DNA from: Enoplolaimus lenunculus
Lineage: Eukaryota
DNA: 64,000 nucleotides
Reading direction: 5' to 3'
Assembly: GCA_030248215.1 (NCBI GenBank)
Contig: JASANG010001649.1
Location: 434,001 to 498,000 of the forward strand
A model generated the notes under the pieces. The model worked only from the letters and a program-made list of their open reading frames with translations. It was not told where the DNA came from and made no database searches. Both the position numbers and the translations under genes were made by a program. This document shows positions 1 through 12,700 of the stretch, in pieces; positions within the stretch are counted from its first letter, which is position 1, and the number at the start of each line of letters is the position of its first letter.

Positions 1-13
1 AAAAAAAAAAAAA

Positions 14-147
14 AAGGTTAAAAAATATGGCTTGCAAGCAAGGTTAAAAAATATGGCTTGCAAGCAAGGTTAAAAAATATGGCTTGCAAGCAAGGTTAAA
101 AAATATGGCTTGCAAGCAAGGTTAAAAAATATGGCTTGCAAGCAAGG
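14..147. repeat. Perfect tandem repeat, 26-bp unit x5 (AAGGTTAAAAAATATGGCTTGCAAGC)
   Basis: Units start at 14, 40, 66, 92 and 118, preceded by an A-run. The unit contains the palindrome GCTTGCAAGC. Confidence 0.95.
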
Positions 148-2135
148 ACAGATCTATGAGGGATCTAGGGATCGGATCCCCGCCACAGGGCACCAAGCAT
201 CATAATTTTTGAATACTAAGAAACCAACTACGAAACGTGTCAAGAGTTTCGTGTATGCATGTTAAAGTTAATATTGAATACCACCTGCACTGAGAAATCC
301 CAAAACCGTCACAGGATGCAAGAACAAACTGAAAGAATTATTTTAAATTCTATTGTTTTCATTACATATTAAAACTAAAATTTCGTTCGCTATTTTCAAA
401 CAGTCCGACAACAATCCTTTAATTTTAGGCTTCAGGTTGCACTCTTGAAAACAAACAACCCAGCATATTGAACCTGGCTCGTGGACCCCAAATATATTAT
501 CGGTGGTTTTGTAATTTCACATTTTAATCTTTTTTCCGAATATACCGCTCATTGCCTATATGCATGGGCGTTGCCAGGCATTTATGAGGGGTGCCGCTGT
601 AGACCCTTGGATTTTCTAAGAAACTTTTACATAAGTAAGTATTTATAGTAAAAAAGTTTAGGAAAATTGCAACTGCAGCAACCAGTTCAAAAACGTTTCT
701 TTGTGGGTCCACTGGCACGTCTCAACCAATATTCTCGCACCACCCAGAAGGATACAGTCGTCGGTGCGAATGAATAACCATCGACAAGAAACGAAGCTTA
801 AATAGACCAAATGGTTGCGAAATACGTATGTTGCAGTTAAAATTGGTATAACCGTACATACGGCTATTAATCTTAGCCAGTTAAATTGGCAATTGCGGCG
901 ATTCACAAAATTTTCGACATATTATATTCGGTATTGGGCTAAATTACGTCCTGGGCCAGCTTAAAGTGAAATTCACTCGGATGAAACGGGACGTTTGTGA
1001 TTGGTTAATTCGTAACTGTGTAAAACATCTGTATTGCTTCCACTTTATTTGTTCGCTGATTGGGTAAATTTTATTTCCGCAAACGGTAAAACCAACGAAG
1101 TAAAACATATGAGAACTGGCCGAGAGGACGAAAATATTTTTTCATCATCCTGCCCAAAATAAACAACATTCGGCCTCTTCCATGCCAATATATTAAAATC
1201 GAGGGGTTTTCATAATTAACGAACCCGAATAGAGGCAATTACTGCGTTCAATAATACTGCCCTTATCCGACCATTCCAATGCAAGTTTTTCCCCTGGTCT
1301 CAGAAAATGTTTAAGTAGCCAATCAGAGAACAGTACTCGTCCCAGCCAATACAATTTATGTATGGCATTGGGTAATAAACAATCACAATACTGTAGCTTG
1401 ATCGGAGAAAAAATTCAATCTTGAGCAAGCTCAACCCGTAATTTCGCTTTAGACTACCCCAATTTTGAACTTGGTTGCATAAGGGTGTGGGCTACGACGT
1501 ACATTTTTGAACGAAGCGAACGCTGCATAAAGTAAAAATGCGATTTTACCAATAAAAATTAATTATCAACTGTTTGCTTGGCTGCTGTTCACAGTATAAG
1601 AGTTATCCTAAAACTGATTGTAAACCTAATTTTCGAGAAATTGTAAAGTCGTTTCGTCTTTTCGTCACGAAACAGCACCATTCTACGACCGTATTCTAGT
1701 ACAGACATAGACTGAATGAGCTTCATTTGTATAAGAAATAAATAAAACAGTGCCCAAGCCATAACTAAAAAAGCGACTCGAAAAACAACAATCGAATCGA
1801 GCTTTAAGCGACTCATCTATTTCCCTTGACAATTTTTGGACATGCTTTAAACTTGTGCTCTTTTTTGATTGGCTGGCCAGATCACGTTTTATGCCCGGTT
1901 GTTGTCGTACCCTTTGCTATTTAAGGGACGAGAAACAGACGAAGACAGCGCCTCACGAGGCTCCCCGGCCAGTCGTCACTGAGCCACCATACGATCCGCG
2001 AAGGCGCTTAAGATTGACCTAATTTCCATGCCGGTTGTCGAAGCTCTGTTAACGACATAAAATCGGTGCTTAATTTAGAGGATGAACAGCATCGTTCAGC
2101 TACAAATTCGATGTTTCAGAACATATTGAAATGAC

Positions 2136-2440
2136 CAGCGGCGCCGGAAGCAAATTCGTATTGGAGGGCACAATGGTACCTAAAATGGTCGAATGCTAAA
2201 GAGTGTTATTTTTACAAAATTACATTGTTTTGCGAAAAAATGTTACAGACAAGACGTTCCAGTAAAATGAGATATTCACTTTAACTCTACAGTATCGCGA
2301 AAGCTTTTTTCGCTTTTTATCACCACGTAAAACAAAATCGTTTATGTCATTCACTGGCAAATTGTCAACGATTCCAGGATAAACGCTCATTATCAGCATG
2401 CGGCTTAATCGCTTTGGTGGTCTATGTTACCTCAACAGTG
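2136..2440 (-). mobile_element. Possible hAT transposon 3' relic (C-terminal dimerisation-like peptide plus terminus)
   Basis: The minus frame reads RLSRMLIMSVYPGIVDNLPVNDINDFV, which resembles the end of hAT dimerisation domains. A CAGCGGCGCCGGA terminus-like sequence lies at 2136. Stop codons are present upstream. Confidence 0.3.
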
Positions 2441-5400
2441 CCCGAGCAGACTAGTCCCCCGACGTGGAGGTAAATCCAGCATTTTTCGGTGTTGGATCTG
2501 AGATTCTCCGTAAGACCTCACGCTCGTGTTTGATAGCTTTGAGGACACCCTTCCGAAAAAGTTTCACACAAAAGTTTTAAAATGGTAAATCTAGAAAGTG
2601 AATCCATCTTTAAAATGAATCAAACTTCGCGCGCAGCAGGACATTTTTTTAATATTTTCTTTTAAAGTAGCTAAACATGTCATATTTTTAGGTAAAAGCT
2701 TTTACAAAAATTCGATTACCCTTTACTCTAAACATTCGTTACAGTCTCAACGGAGTCAGATCCAAATCATGGCAAGGCGGTCACTCCTATGTTGTGCTAT
2801 AAATCGGCACTTTGGACAAGGCACTATCACTATCATAAACTTATCTTTCTTTTATTACTCTTCTCACAGCACACTCCATGCACTCTGAAATAACTTCTGA
2901 CTAGCTACAACAATAATGTTACAAGTATACAGATCCTGACAGCACACATACGGAAATCAAAATGCATCTGCCTGCGTTAGGCCATTGCTTTCTAGCAATC
3001 AGCCATTTTCCAGTTAAAAACAAGAACAAAAACAAATTTTCATTTAAACTATAGACAAAAACGCAATCCCATCAGATTTCAACGTAAATTGTTTTAGAAA
3101 AGAATGTTTAATCTCATTAAATTGTAACATTTATATATACTCAGTCATTTCAATTGTATTCATTCTTCAAATCTTTGCAGTTAAAATGTTATCGTGAGAC
3201 AGCGGCTCGTACATATTAAGATCGGCAACAAAACCTGCATATGTTTTTCTAGCACTAAATAGAAAGTTGAAAACGTTTTCTGGTCGTCTATTTCTGAGTT
3301 AGGCTTTGTTTATGCAAACAAGCCATCGTGGAGCCGAAACTAACATGTTCAAATTGTTGTTAGCAGCATTTAGCTTATCCAGAGGGAAGGGAGCCTACGT
3401 CTCCCCCGTTACAAAATTATTTGTGATAAAATGGTAAGGTAATTGATCACTACTAATGGCTATTAATGGTACATACATTGTCTAGAGCGAAAATTGCGTT
3501 TCATAACTTTTGCCAGCCTGCCAGCGCTTCAGAAATTTCTGCATCCGCACCTGGTTAGCAATTGAATTAGCAGAACTATACGCAAACAAATTTTTATAAC
3601 AAGTGGTTGCGCTAAATTTATGTGCAAAGGTAGATTGAAATTGAGTTACTTTTCAAATACTTGCAACGACAGGTTTCATGTGCATTGCAATTGCAAAATG
3701 CATTTGCAAAAGTTACAGTTGTCAATAGGGTAATTGATCTAACTTTAAGCGAAAACCTAAAAACTTCGTGAAAACACAACTGAAATTTTGATTCTGTAAA
3801 GTTAAAGGCTAAATCTCAAAGCCAAGTTTATTGATAAGCTTAACTTTAGTTTTAAACCGTGACAAATACATAAAATTGCATTTTGAAAAACAATGATCCA
3901 GTGTGCTTCAAAATACAATTCCATTTGTACTTTCTTAAATTTAAAGCATTTAATAAACGCAAACAACCCAACGGTTTCTGCTTTCACCAGAAAAGCTAAA
4001 CTATAATAAAACTGCTGGCCGCAATCATAAATTGAAAATTGAACAATACGCACCGTAACCGCGCCGAGCGTATTTATTTATTACCAAAAACGTGCGAGGT
4101 GCGCGAGGCGACCAGAAGAAGCCCCTCTCGCAACGAGCATGAACCAAACCAGCCTGCAACACAAAACTCAGTGTGACTTATCGAAGATCTTTTATAGACT
4201 CATGGACCTTGACGTTCGACAATACACCCGCAGTGTGGGTATAAAACCTGGTATAGGCTGTGCCCGCTTTGTTCCAACAACAAGTACGCAAAAATGCAAC
4301 GAAAGATCTAGAAATTCCATAAACGGGGCTGCGTGATGTATAATAGTAACGAAAATTCGCAGTGACAAGCTAAACGAGAAGCCAGACGCAATTTTAGTAC
4401 TAAATCTTAATACAAAATTTCGGTTTTGATTGCTGTTACTCGCAGCTCAAGGTCAGCGTTGCCCCTCGCGGTTTTGCCAGTGTCTGAGTGAAGAATGCCT
4501 ATTTAACCGGCGCCGACCTTGGGCTAATATATACCAAAACCGCCAGTTCCCTGGTGTAGTTAAAACCGCACAGTTCGCAAATGTCGTAAAACTAAAGGCA
4601 CCCTAACTGGTTGCTTTTTTAAGAGAATGGAATAAAATAATGGAGCCCCCCCCCAAAGAGCCAATACGGTATAGTTTGTATTGATTACCTGGAGCAGGCC
4701 AGTTAAAATAAACCTATAACCAAGGCTAGCGGGCTCGGAGTCAATCCAAAATGTTAGATGGGGCCGTAAAATTCACATAACGGATGTGAGGGATTTCGCA
4801 TTTATGAATGGGACCAACAACAATTTTATAGAGAAGGGAATAAAATAATATATTTCAAAAATAGTCAAAATAGTACAGTTTACGAGTTTTTTCCGTTACT
4901 TCCTGGCCGGAGTTTGACTAAAAATATTCGGATTTCAAAGTTTTTTTGCATATTTGAGCTTCTCGTGACCTCTGCAGATTATTTTACACCCAAAATAGAA
5001 TTACTGAAAAATTCGATTTTTAAAGACCTTCTTGGACCGAAAATTTTTTTAAAAAATCTCGAGACCATAACTCTTCAACTAGACGTCGGATTGTCCAAAA
5101 TTACAACAATTCGACTCAGCTCTGCAAGCTGCATCTATTAACGGTATAGATAATTTGTTTAACTTTTTGCCAAAATTTTTTTGAGTCTTTAGAGGGCAAG
5201 CTCAAATGTACAAAAAATTTCAAAATCGAACCAATTTTAGACAAACACTTGTAAGGGACATAATGGCGAACACAATAGTTTACATTACATTATCAACGTT
5301 GTGTGCCAGATAAAATAACACTAAAAATGCCAGTTAGAGCGAGAAGTTTCATTGAATTTAGAAATGGGGCCCAAACTTTTATAAAATAGCGAAAATTATT

Positions 5401-8400
5401 TTCCTCAGCTGTTATACCCTCACAGATGCTGCTTGCCTGCGGTTTCGCTAAGGTTACAAGCAGTAAAAAACATTACACTCTGTTGCATTGACTAAAATTT
5501 TATAGCATACACAAGATGTTAAAGTTAAACCAGCATAGCGTACAGTGTCAAAAACAAGAATAATAAATCAAAAACAAAAAATTTGTTTAAGCCACCCATT
5601 TTGATAAAGTGTTTCAGAAAATCCATTTGTACTTATATTTTGAAGATGAAATATAACAAAGCTTTTTATTCAAAAAGTGCATTATCTTTTGGGCCCGTAT
5701 TCTCATATGTGTGTAGCGCATATCGCTAGTTGGTGATAGATCTTGTAACTTCCGAACCAGTAAATACTGACTGAATACTGAGGCTTATAAAATCAGCACA
5801 TTTTTCGCATGTAATTTCTCTACGTTTGTACTAACTTTGTGTTCAACATCAACAATAGTTATTTTGAAATCATAATACTATCTGATTATGCACATTTGAG
5901 AATTTCAGCCCTGGTTTGAACGCAGGGGAGTATAAATGTGAACTTAAAACATCTATCAAATATTGGCTATCGCTAATAGCAGCTAATAGTAGCATCAAGG
6001 GGTGAATCATGACCTAACCGGGCCTAACGGCGGATTTGTGTTGCGGATTTGGAATGAATTGTTGACGAAAAAATGTGGCTTAAGATAAATTTCACTATTT
6101 TAAAATCTTCAGTTTTGAAGCAATCGTCAAGGGTCCCTTGCAGGACCGGTCCCTGAGGCCGCGTTCTTTTTCGCCGCTAACATAATCTGCCTCTGGTCAC
6201 ATCAACAAACACATATATACAACTATGTTTGATTTTGCTTGATACGCGTTTTACTCCAAGTCAAAGCGCAAAGATTTGTCTTACACTAAGACCAGGCAAA
6301 AAATTGTCTAAGGCTAAAGCCAACTCTGTTGCAGTATCACCGAAAAACAGGACACCCCTGAAAGATATATGTGCCCAATTGTACAAAACCAAGCTACTAT
6401 TTCTTTCACATATTAAGCAAATCTTGTAATAAAAACACAATCAGATTAAGTGTAGGTATCAACCTCTATTCGCTATGAAGATACTAACTCATACTAACTT
6501 AAGTTACTACTGGAGAGTACTTGTTTCGGCCAAAAACAATAATCAAAACTGCAAAAGTAATAATTTTTAGATTAATCAGTTAATCCAAACAAAACTTTTC
6601 ACACAAACGGTTGTGATGTTTTCAAGTAACACTTTGTCAAGAGTCACTGCTTAACAACAGTATGCAACTTGATACATTCTGTGTAGAAAAAAATGTATAT
6701 ACTCAGCATTCATGGCAGTTTTGGCCTACCTTCACCGTTATTCAGGGGGATCAAAATTTACAAAGACACTGAAATTCATATGCAGTTATATATACTGAAA
6801 AGTGGCCGGCTAATATATTTTAGTAAAATTTTATAAACGTTGGCTCGACCCGTCCCCAAAGTGAGGAGGTTAGGACCAAAACGCAATGAGCGGCGGTTTA
6901 TTTTGTACCTTGCAAAATAAGGCTTGTTGCACAGTTTTGTTTAAGGGCATCATCGTGCATCTTTACAAAACAATATATAACTTAGACCTGTAGCCAAATT
7001 AACCTGCTGAAGGGGCCTTACAATATTTCAAGAGCGACACGCAGGGATTGAACATGACTTGACAGCGAGGATGGATCTTTTCCCAGGGCCGATAGTTTAA
7101 TCAGAGTTCTGATCAAAGGATGTCATCAGAAGCTCAAATATGCAGAAATTTCCAAAATGCAAGCTTTTTTGGGCAAATGACGGCTAAGGATGGGCTAACC
7201 GATCACTCAGACAAAGAATGAATTTTTTCCATTTTTTCCATTTTTTTCCGGAAAAAATAGAAAAAAAATTATTTTTTCCGGTCATATTTTTTCCGGAAAA
7301 AACAACCCTGGCTACACACACAAATAGATAATAAAATAATTACAGACATTAACTCTGTTAGTCACATTCCGAAATATCGGTAGCCAAAACGATAAAAAAT
7401 TACTAGCAAAACCATTTTAAGTGCGATCGCGGTGTGATAAAATTTAATGGGCCACGTGCGCGTCAAGGTTGAATGACGGATGTCACCCAAATAAGTCTCA
7501 ACACAGACAGCAAATATAGTACTGACTTTGAAGCCAAAAACTGATTTTTACCTTTTTAAGATCGGCCCGATTTGTGGTGAAAGCTGAGCACGATGGCCTA
7601 AAGTGTCTTGTGGATCATTTTTGGTTACGAAAAGCATAAATGATTGACACCCTAACAGGCCTCGCATAGTTAGAAATATAAAAAGCAAAAAAAAACTGTT
7701 AAACGTTTTGAATCACGAATTCTACAGGCAATGTGGGCGTGCGAAATTTGTACCGCATATATAACATTAGGGTCGCTAAGTACGATAGAACGAAATACAC
7801 TTAGTTCAATGAATAAACTTAAAACAAGTCTCTAAAGTGAAACGAATACAAGAAAACGTCGTTAACCACCTGGACACTTCAATGCTTGTTTGGACCCTTG
7901 TTTGCATAATTTGCTCAAATTATGACTGCTTATACGACTAAGCGACAAGTTCCTGGTTAGCCCTTAATAAATGGCAACTATTGGCGTGTTCATAGGAATT
8001 CAACTGCTTCTAAATTCAGATTTAATTCAGTTTTGTTTGGGCAAACTTGGTTTGTAAACCGTGCAATGTCAACAGTATGGCTTTTGTCAGCTATTCATCC
8101 ACATGTTTAGGTTCAGGCTTAGGGTTTGGCTTTGGCTTTTGGTTTTGGAAATGCTTTTCTAAGCCTAAAGTTAAGCCTAAACCTTTGCCTAAGAATAAAA
8201 GTTAGCCACTGATCATTTCAAAGCGAAACAAAGTAAAATCGAATTAAACCGGATTTCGCAGGATTCATCGTTTCCAGCTTGCTCAGAGGCACCTCTGTAA
8301 TCCGCTAACAGTTGCGCAAATTTTAAATGTCACTGAATGAAATAAATACAAAGTTATGTTAATATAATACCTAAGCTGTAGTGGCTATTAATAATTTTGG

Positions 8401-8480
8401 TTTGAGTATTGTATATCTGTTTTTTTGCTAAATCTATATACTATAAAGTAGATGTTCATACCATGATACTACAGTTTTGT

Positions 8481-8500
8481 AATTATTATTATTAATATTA

Positions 8501-8545
<45 letters not shown>
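8481..8545. repeat. (ATT)n microsatellite
   Basis: Read directly from the sequence. Confidence 0.9.
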
Positions 8546-8547
<2 letters not shown>

Positions 8548-8871
8548 GCCGGTAAAAGAAGCTGATGAAACCAAAAACTTTTACAATAGAGTAATGATAG
8601 ATTGTTGTAAAAGTGCAAGTCTTCGATACCTTCAGTATTGAACCCACACTGGCAATCAAAATCGAGCGTGGTATTTTGATAAAAACCGATTCATGTATGG
8701 TGAGGGAAAACTTAAATCAGCTACTTTGACCCAGAAGGAAGTAGCTACAAACTCCACCCTTGCAAATATCGACCGGCGCCTATGCATTTGACCAGACAGT
8801 AAAGGGTTTTGGACAAAGCTAACTGCAACTGCTGCGAATGTCAAATTCTGCTCACGAATAAGAATGTTTAC

Positions 8872-9725
8872 ACTAGGTAAAAATGCTCCTAGAAGGGACA
8901 GATTGTGATTAGCTCCATAACTTCTATGAAAATAGTTGTCATCTATATCTTTGACGGCTGTCTTTCAGTGTTAACACGCTTGCGGTCAGTGAAACAAGAA
9001 ACATATGGGCCCAACGAACATTCATCTGTTAAGCTATAAATTGACACTATGGGTATTCAAGGCGTTCTAAAGTACAACTCTCAACATGCCTTTCGTATAA
9101 CAGTCAGCTGCTTTTTAAAAGTTATCTCAATTGAGCGCCAGCAGAACATGTTCTTTGAAATATTTAGCAACGTTTGAATTGCATTTTCTAGATAAATAGC
9201 TTAAATATGTCACGGCACAGAACACAATTTGGGAAAGTTTCTCGACTTCAAATCATCAAATTGTCATGGTAAAGATAGCTAATATAGCCGAGCACGTATG
9301 TGTGACATTTTTTCATTCGATGATCAATAAACGCAATTTGTAATCTTGCAATATTGAAATATTTACTAATCAAATTTTAGAAACATAATATTTTAAAACT
9401 CAAAAAATATCCTCTTCCAATGAAGAATGCTAGATTAGCTCACTTATAAACTGAACATTATAAAACCCAAGAAACACTAAAATTAAGCTGATAGGTGATG
9501 TCCGCTGGGCTCATATGTTTCTTGTTTCACAGACCGCAAGCGTGTTAACACTAAAAGACAGCCGTCAAAGATATAGATGACAACTATTTTCATAGAAGTT
9601 ATGGAGCTAATACTATAAGCATTACCTACTAATCTATGGTCTAACTAACCCATGTTTAAACTCTTTTACATGCTTCAAGCGAAACATATCACAATCTGTC
9701 CCTTCTAGGGGCACTTTTACCTAGT
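8872..9725. mobile_element. Non-autonomous foldback/MITE-like element with about 150-bp terminal inverted repeats
   Basis: About 8872-9020 is the reverse complement of about 9500-9725; the right arm has an extra ~75-bp insert. Ends are ACTAGGTAAAA...TTTTACCTAGT. No clear TSD. Confidence 0.8.
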
Positions 9726-12700
9726 TTCTTTCTTTTACATGGGATACGATGAGGTTTTATGCTAAGTCTACTCCTAATCGTACGCCTAAGCCTAAACAAA
9801 ATATAAGCCTAAAGCGTACACTTGCTCCATTGCAATCCACTAAAAAGCAGCCTGTTCTAAGCTATAATGCATGGGAGGTTATTACAAAATATTATTGTCT
9901 TAGTCAGCAATTTCAGTAGAACAAACATCGCAGGGACACGTAATCTATTGCACGGTGTCATTAGCATCACACAATAATATCGACTGGCTATGGTAATTAC
10001 ATATTTGTAATACAATTTTTTCGAAACATTACAAAAATCAAACTTTTAATAACAACTTAAATGAGAACAGCTCTGTTCTATACATTGGCCGGTAATTTTA
10101 CGAGCGTACTAAGACACTTAAATTTTCTAACTATTTGTATTAGTCCGAGAACATTTTACCATATGTTTTGCGCTGTATATGTTACAAAGCAAATTTTCGA
10201 TTTTCGGACGTTTTTCGAAGAATTAAGGATTTGCTATATTTCAATAGTCATCCCGTGCAATTCGAAAATCATGTGAAAGATAATTACCAAATTACACGTT
10301 TTCTTATTAATACATATCTAAGCTAACTGTGCAACCGTTGACACAGCCAAAACGCTCGAATTGCGTGTGCAAGCGTGATTCAGCAAAATTATAAACCTGA
10401 GGCAGCTGTAAGTTTTCAATTTTTTTTAACTCTGTATATCTGCTTTTTTAAAAAAATTGTTTACAACACCCAGAAAGGTTAAACTGCGTATTTTCGTGCC
10501 TTTGTCGGCAATTATTTGCCGATTCAGATAATATAATCCTACTGTCACGCTGTAAAATATGACTGATTCTTACTATTATAATATTAATTCCAATATTCTC
10601 AAATGCATTTAGCACCTATTATCACCAGTTAGTTAGCGATAGGTTTTCAAACTGGCGAACTCGAGCAATTGCGGGATTTAAATGATTTACCGATATCCTG
10701 TGAAAAATAGTATATATGATTGATTTAACTATTCTAAACTTAAAAGCCAATACTGTCAAATGTACCTAGCGTCTATTACCAGTTAGCGATAAGTTTTCAA
10801 ACTGGCGAAATAATGCAACTGCGAATCTCAAATGTGTCACACAGTTGCATGCAAAATAAAATACCCAGGAATAAACATAAGTATTCTACTGTTCAATGTG
10901 GTTTATATTTGATTCAAGCGCCGGGTTCCAGAAACTGAATACTGTCAAGCACTTGATATTCGAGTGGTTTTTAAAATTTATTTATCTTGTTTTATTGTGG
11001 GCTCCCTAAGGTTTGTTCTTTAGCTCTTCATAATTTTCACCTATTAAATAAAGCAAATATTCCACTTCACAAAAATGATACAAAATTTTAAGTGGAACCG
11101 TTATGACGTATACAGATAAAAAATTAAATTAAAAAAATTAAATGAAAAGCCTTATTGTCGATTATGGGGAACTTCTGTCAATGCATAGAACAGGATCGTA
11201 ACAGTAGTATACGCACATATTAAGCCTAAGCCAAAGATATATCTAAAACTTAGCTTTACCCTACTGCATTCGCGAAGAAAAACATTCCGCCAATGATGCG
11301 ATGGAACTTAAGCGTGGCGCTTTCATTTTTCGGGTGCCTTGGGGAGGAGATTGCTTTGCCGCCGTAGAAAAACGTTTCACTTCCTTTAACCCTACGTGTC
11401 CGTCCTGAAAAATTTCTGCACAAGCCTTGCATGTTGTGTTCGCTTGAAATATGGATTGTTTTGATTCAAAGAAATGACACTTATCAGAACAGTTCGGACA
11501 CATTTGTCCACAAAACAATATCGAAATCAAGCATTTTCACGTAAATAAACAACTAATAGACCTGTATACTCGTGTATATATTATAAACCAGATGTTTGAT
11601 TCCGTACATAGACGTTACATAAACTCCGGCTCGGATTAGTTTGGAAAACAAAGCTAAATAGAAGGAAAAGGTCAATTTAAGCAAGAGTGGATGATTACGC
11701 TACGACAAGAGTGTGCAACTGTGTATATATTCTGTGTAGAAACCAGTGTCCTCAGCGCACGTTGCGGATTTGGCCAACAACTTCCCATTTAATGGAGGTA
11801 TGTTGCTCTAATATTTTGAGTTTCAGCCAAAGTCGCTCTGATTGTATTCTTTCCTCCTATGTTTACTATGTGGTTTAAGTGGTGACTACTCTACAATTGA
11901 GGGAATCGGGCAAAAATACGACGCACGATGGTACATTTTGTGCGATGTAGAACCTTAGGTCTAGTTGATTGCACACTCTTGTCTAAAGAATGATCATCCA
12001 CTCTTGGTTTTGGCGAACAAATAAAACGTTCGCCAGTCACCTTATGATAGGATGTAAGGATAGAGGTTTAAGCAACCAGCAAGAGTCAAGCTAGGCCATT
12101 TTTGAGTCAACCTCTCTTGTGACTTTTGTTCGCTTTTAGAAGCCTTTTAGTTGATGAAGCGAGAAATCCATCGCTCGACAGTTTTTATAGAACGTAACCG
12201 ACTTCTATGCGGAAATTTGAGCTTTGTCCGCGGCGTCCAAGAAGTTTTTGCAGGGGACTTAATGATTATTTGGTTAAATATATTGGTTGAATGTATGCAA
12301 ATATAATATTTCTACCCAAATTTTATACCATACAAATTTAAGTATCTAAATCTTGCTGTTCCACAGAGTTTCCTTCGTTTCAATGATAGCATAATATTGC
12401 TAAAACGGTCACATTTATAAAAATTACCTACCTTTGAACGGAGGCAGTTTGCTTGGGTCGTGAATAACTGACAAACTTTTGTTTGATAAATAAAAAACTG
12501 GTGTTTTTGCATTGAAAACTGTTCGGACTCCGCTGCTTTAATTAATTTCTGACCGACGATGCATGCGCGTCGTGATTCTAAACACGGTGTGGAAAAAATG
12601 GTTCCAAATTTTTGAGAAAACGAAAAATACCGTTTCCGGATATGTGTTTGTCGGTTTAAAATTTTGCCTTGTAATATGTGGTAAATTAGTGCTGTAAAGT

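Noticed and set aside
8560..8630. Hammerhead ribozyme (CTGATGA...stem...CGATAC)
   Set aside because: The required GAAA core is not intact, and I could not identify stems I and III.
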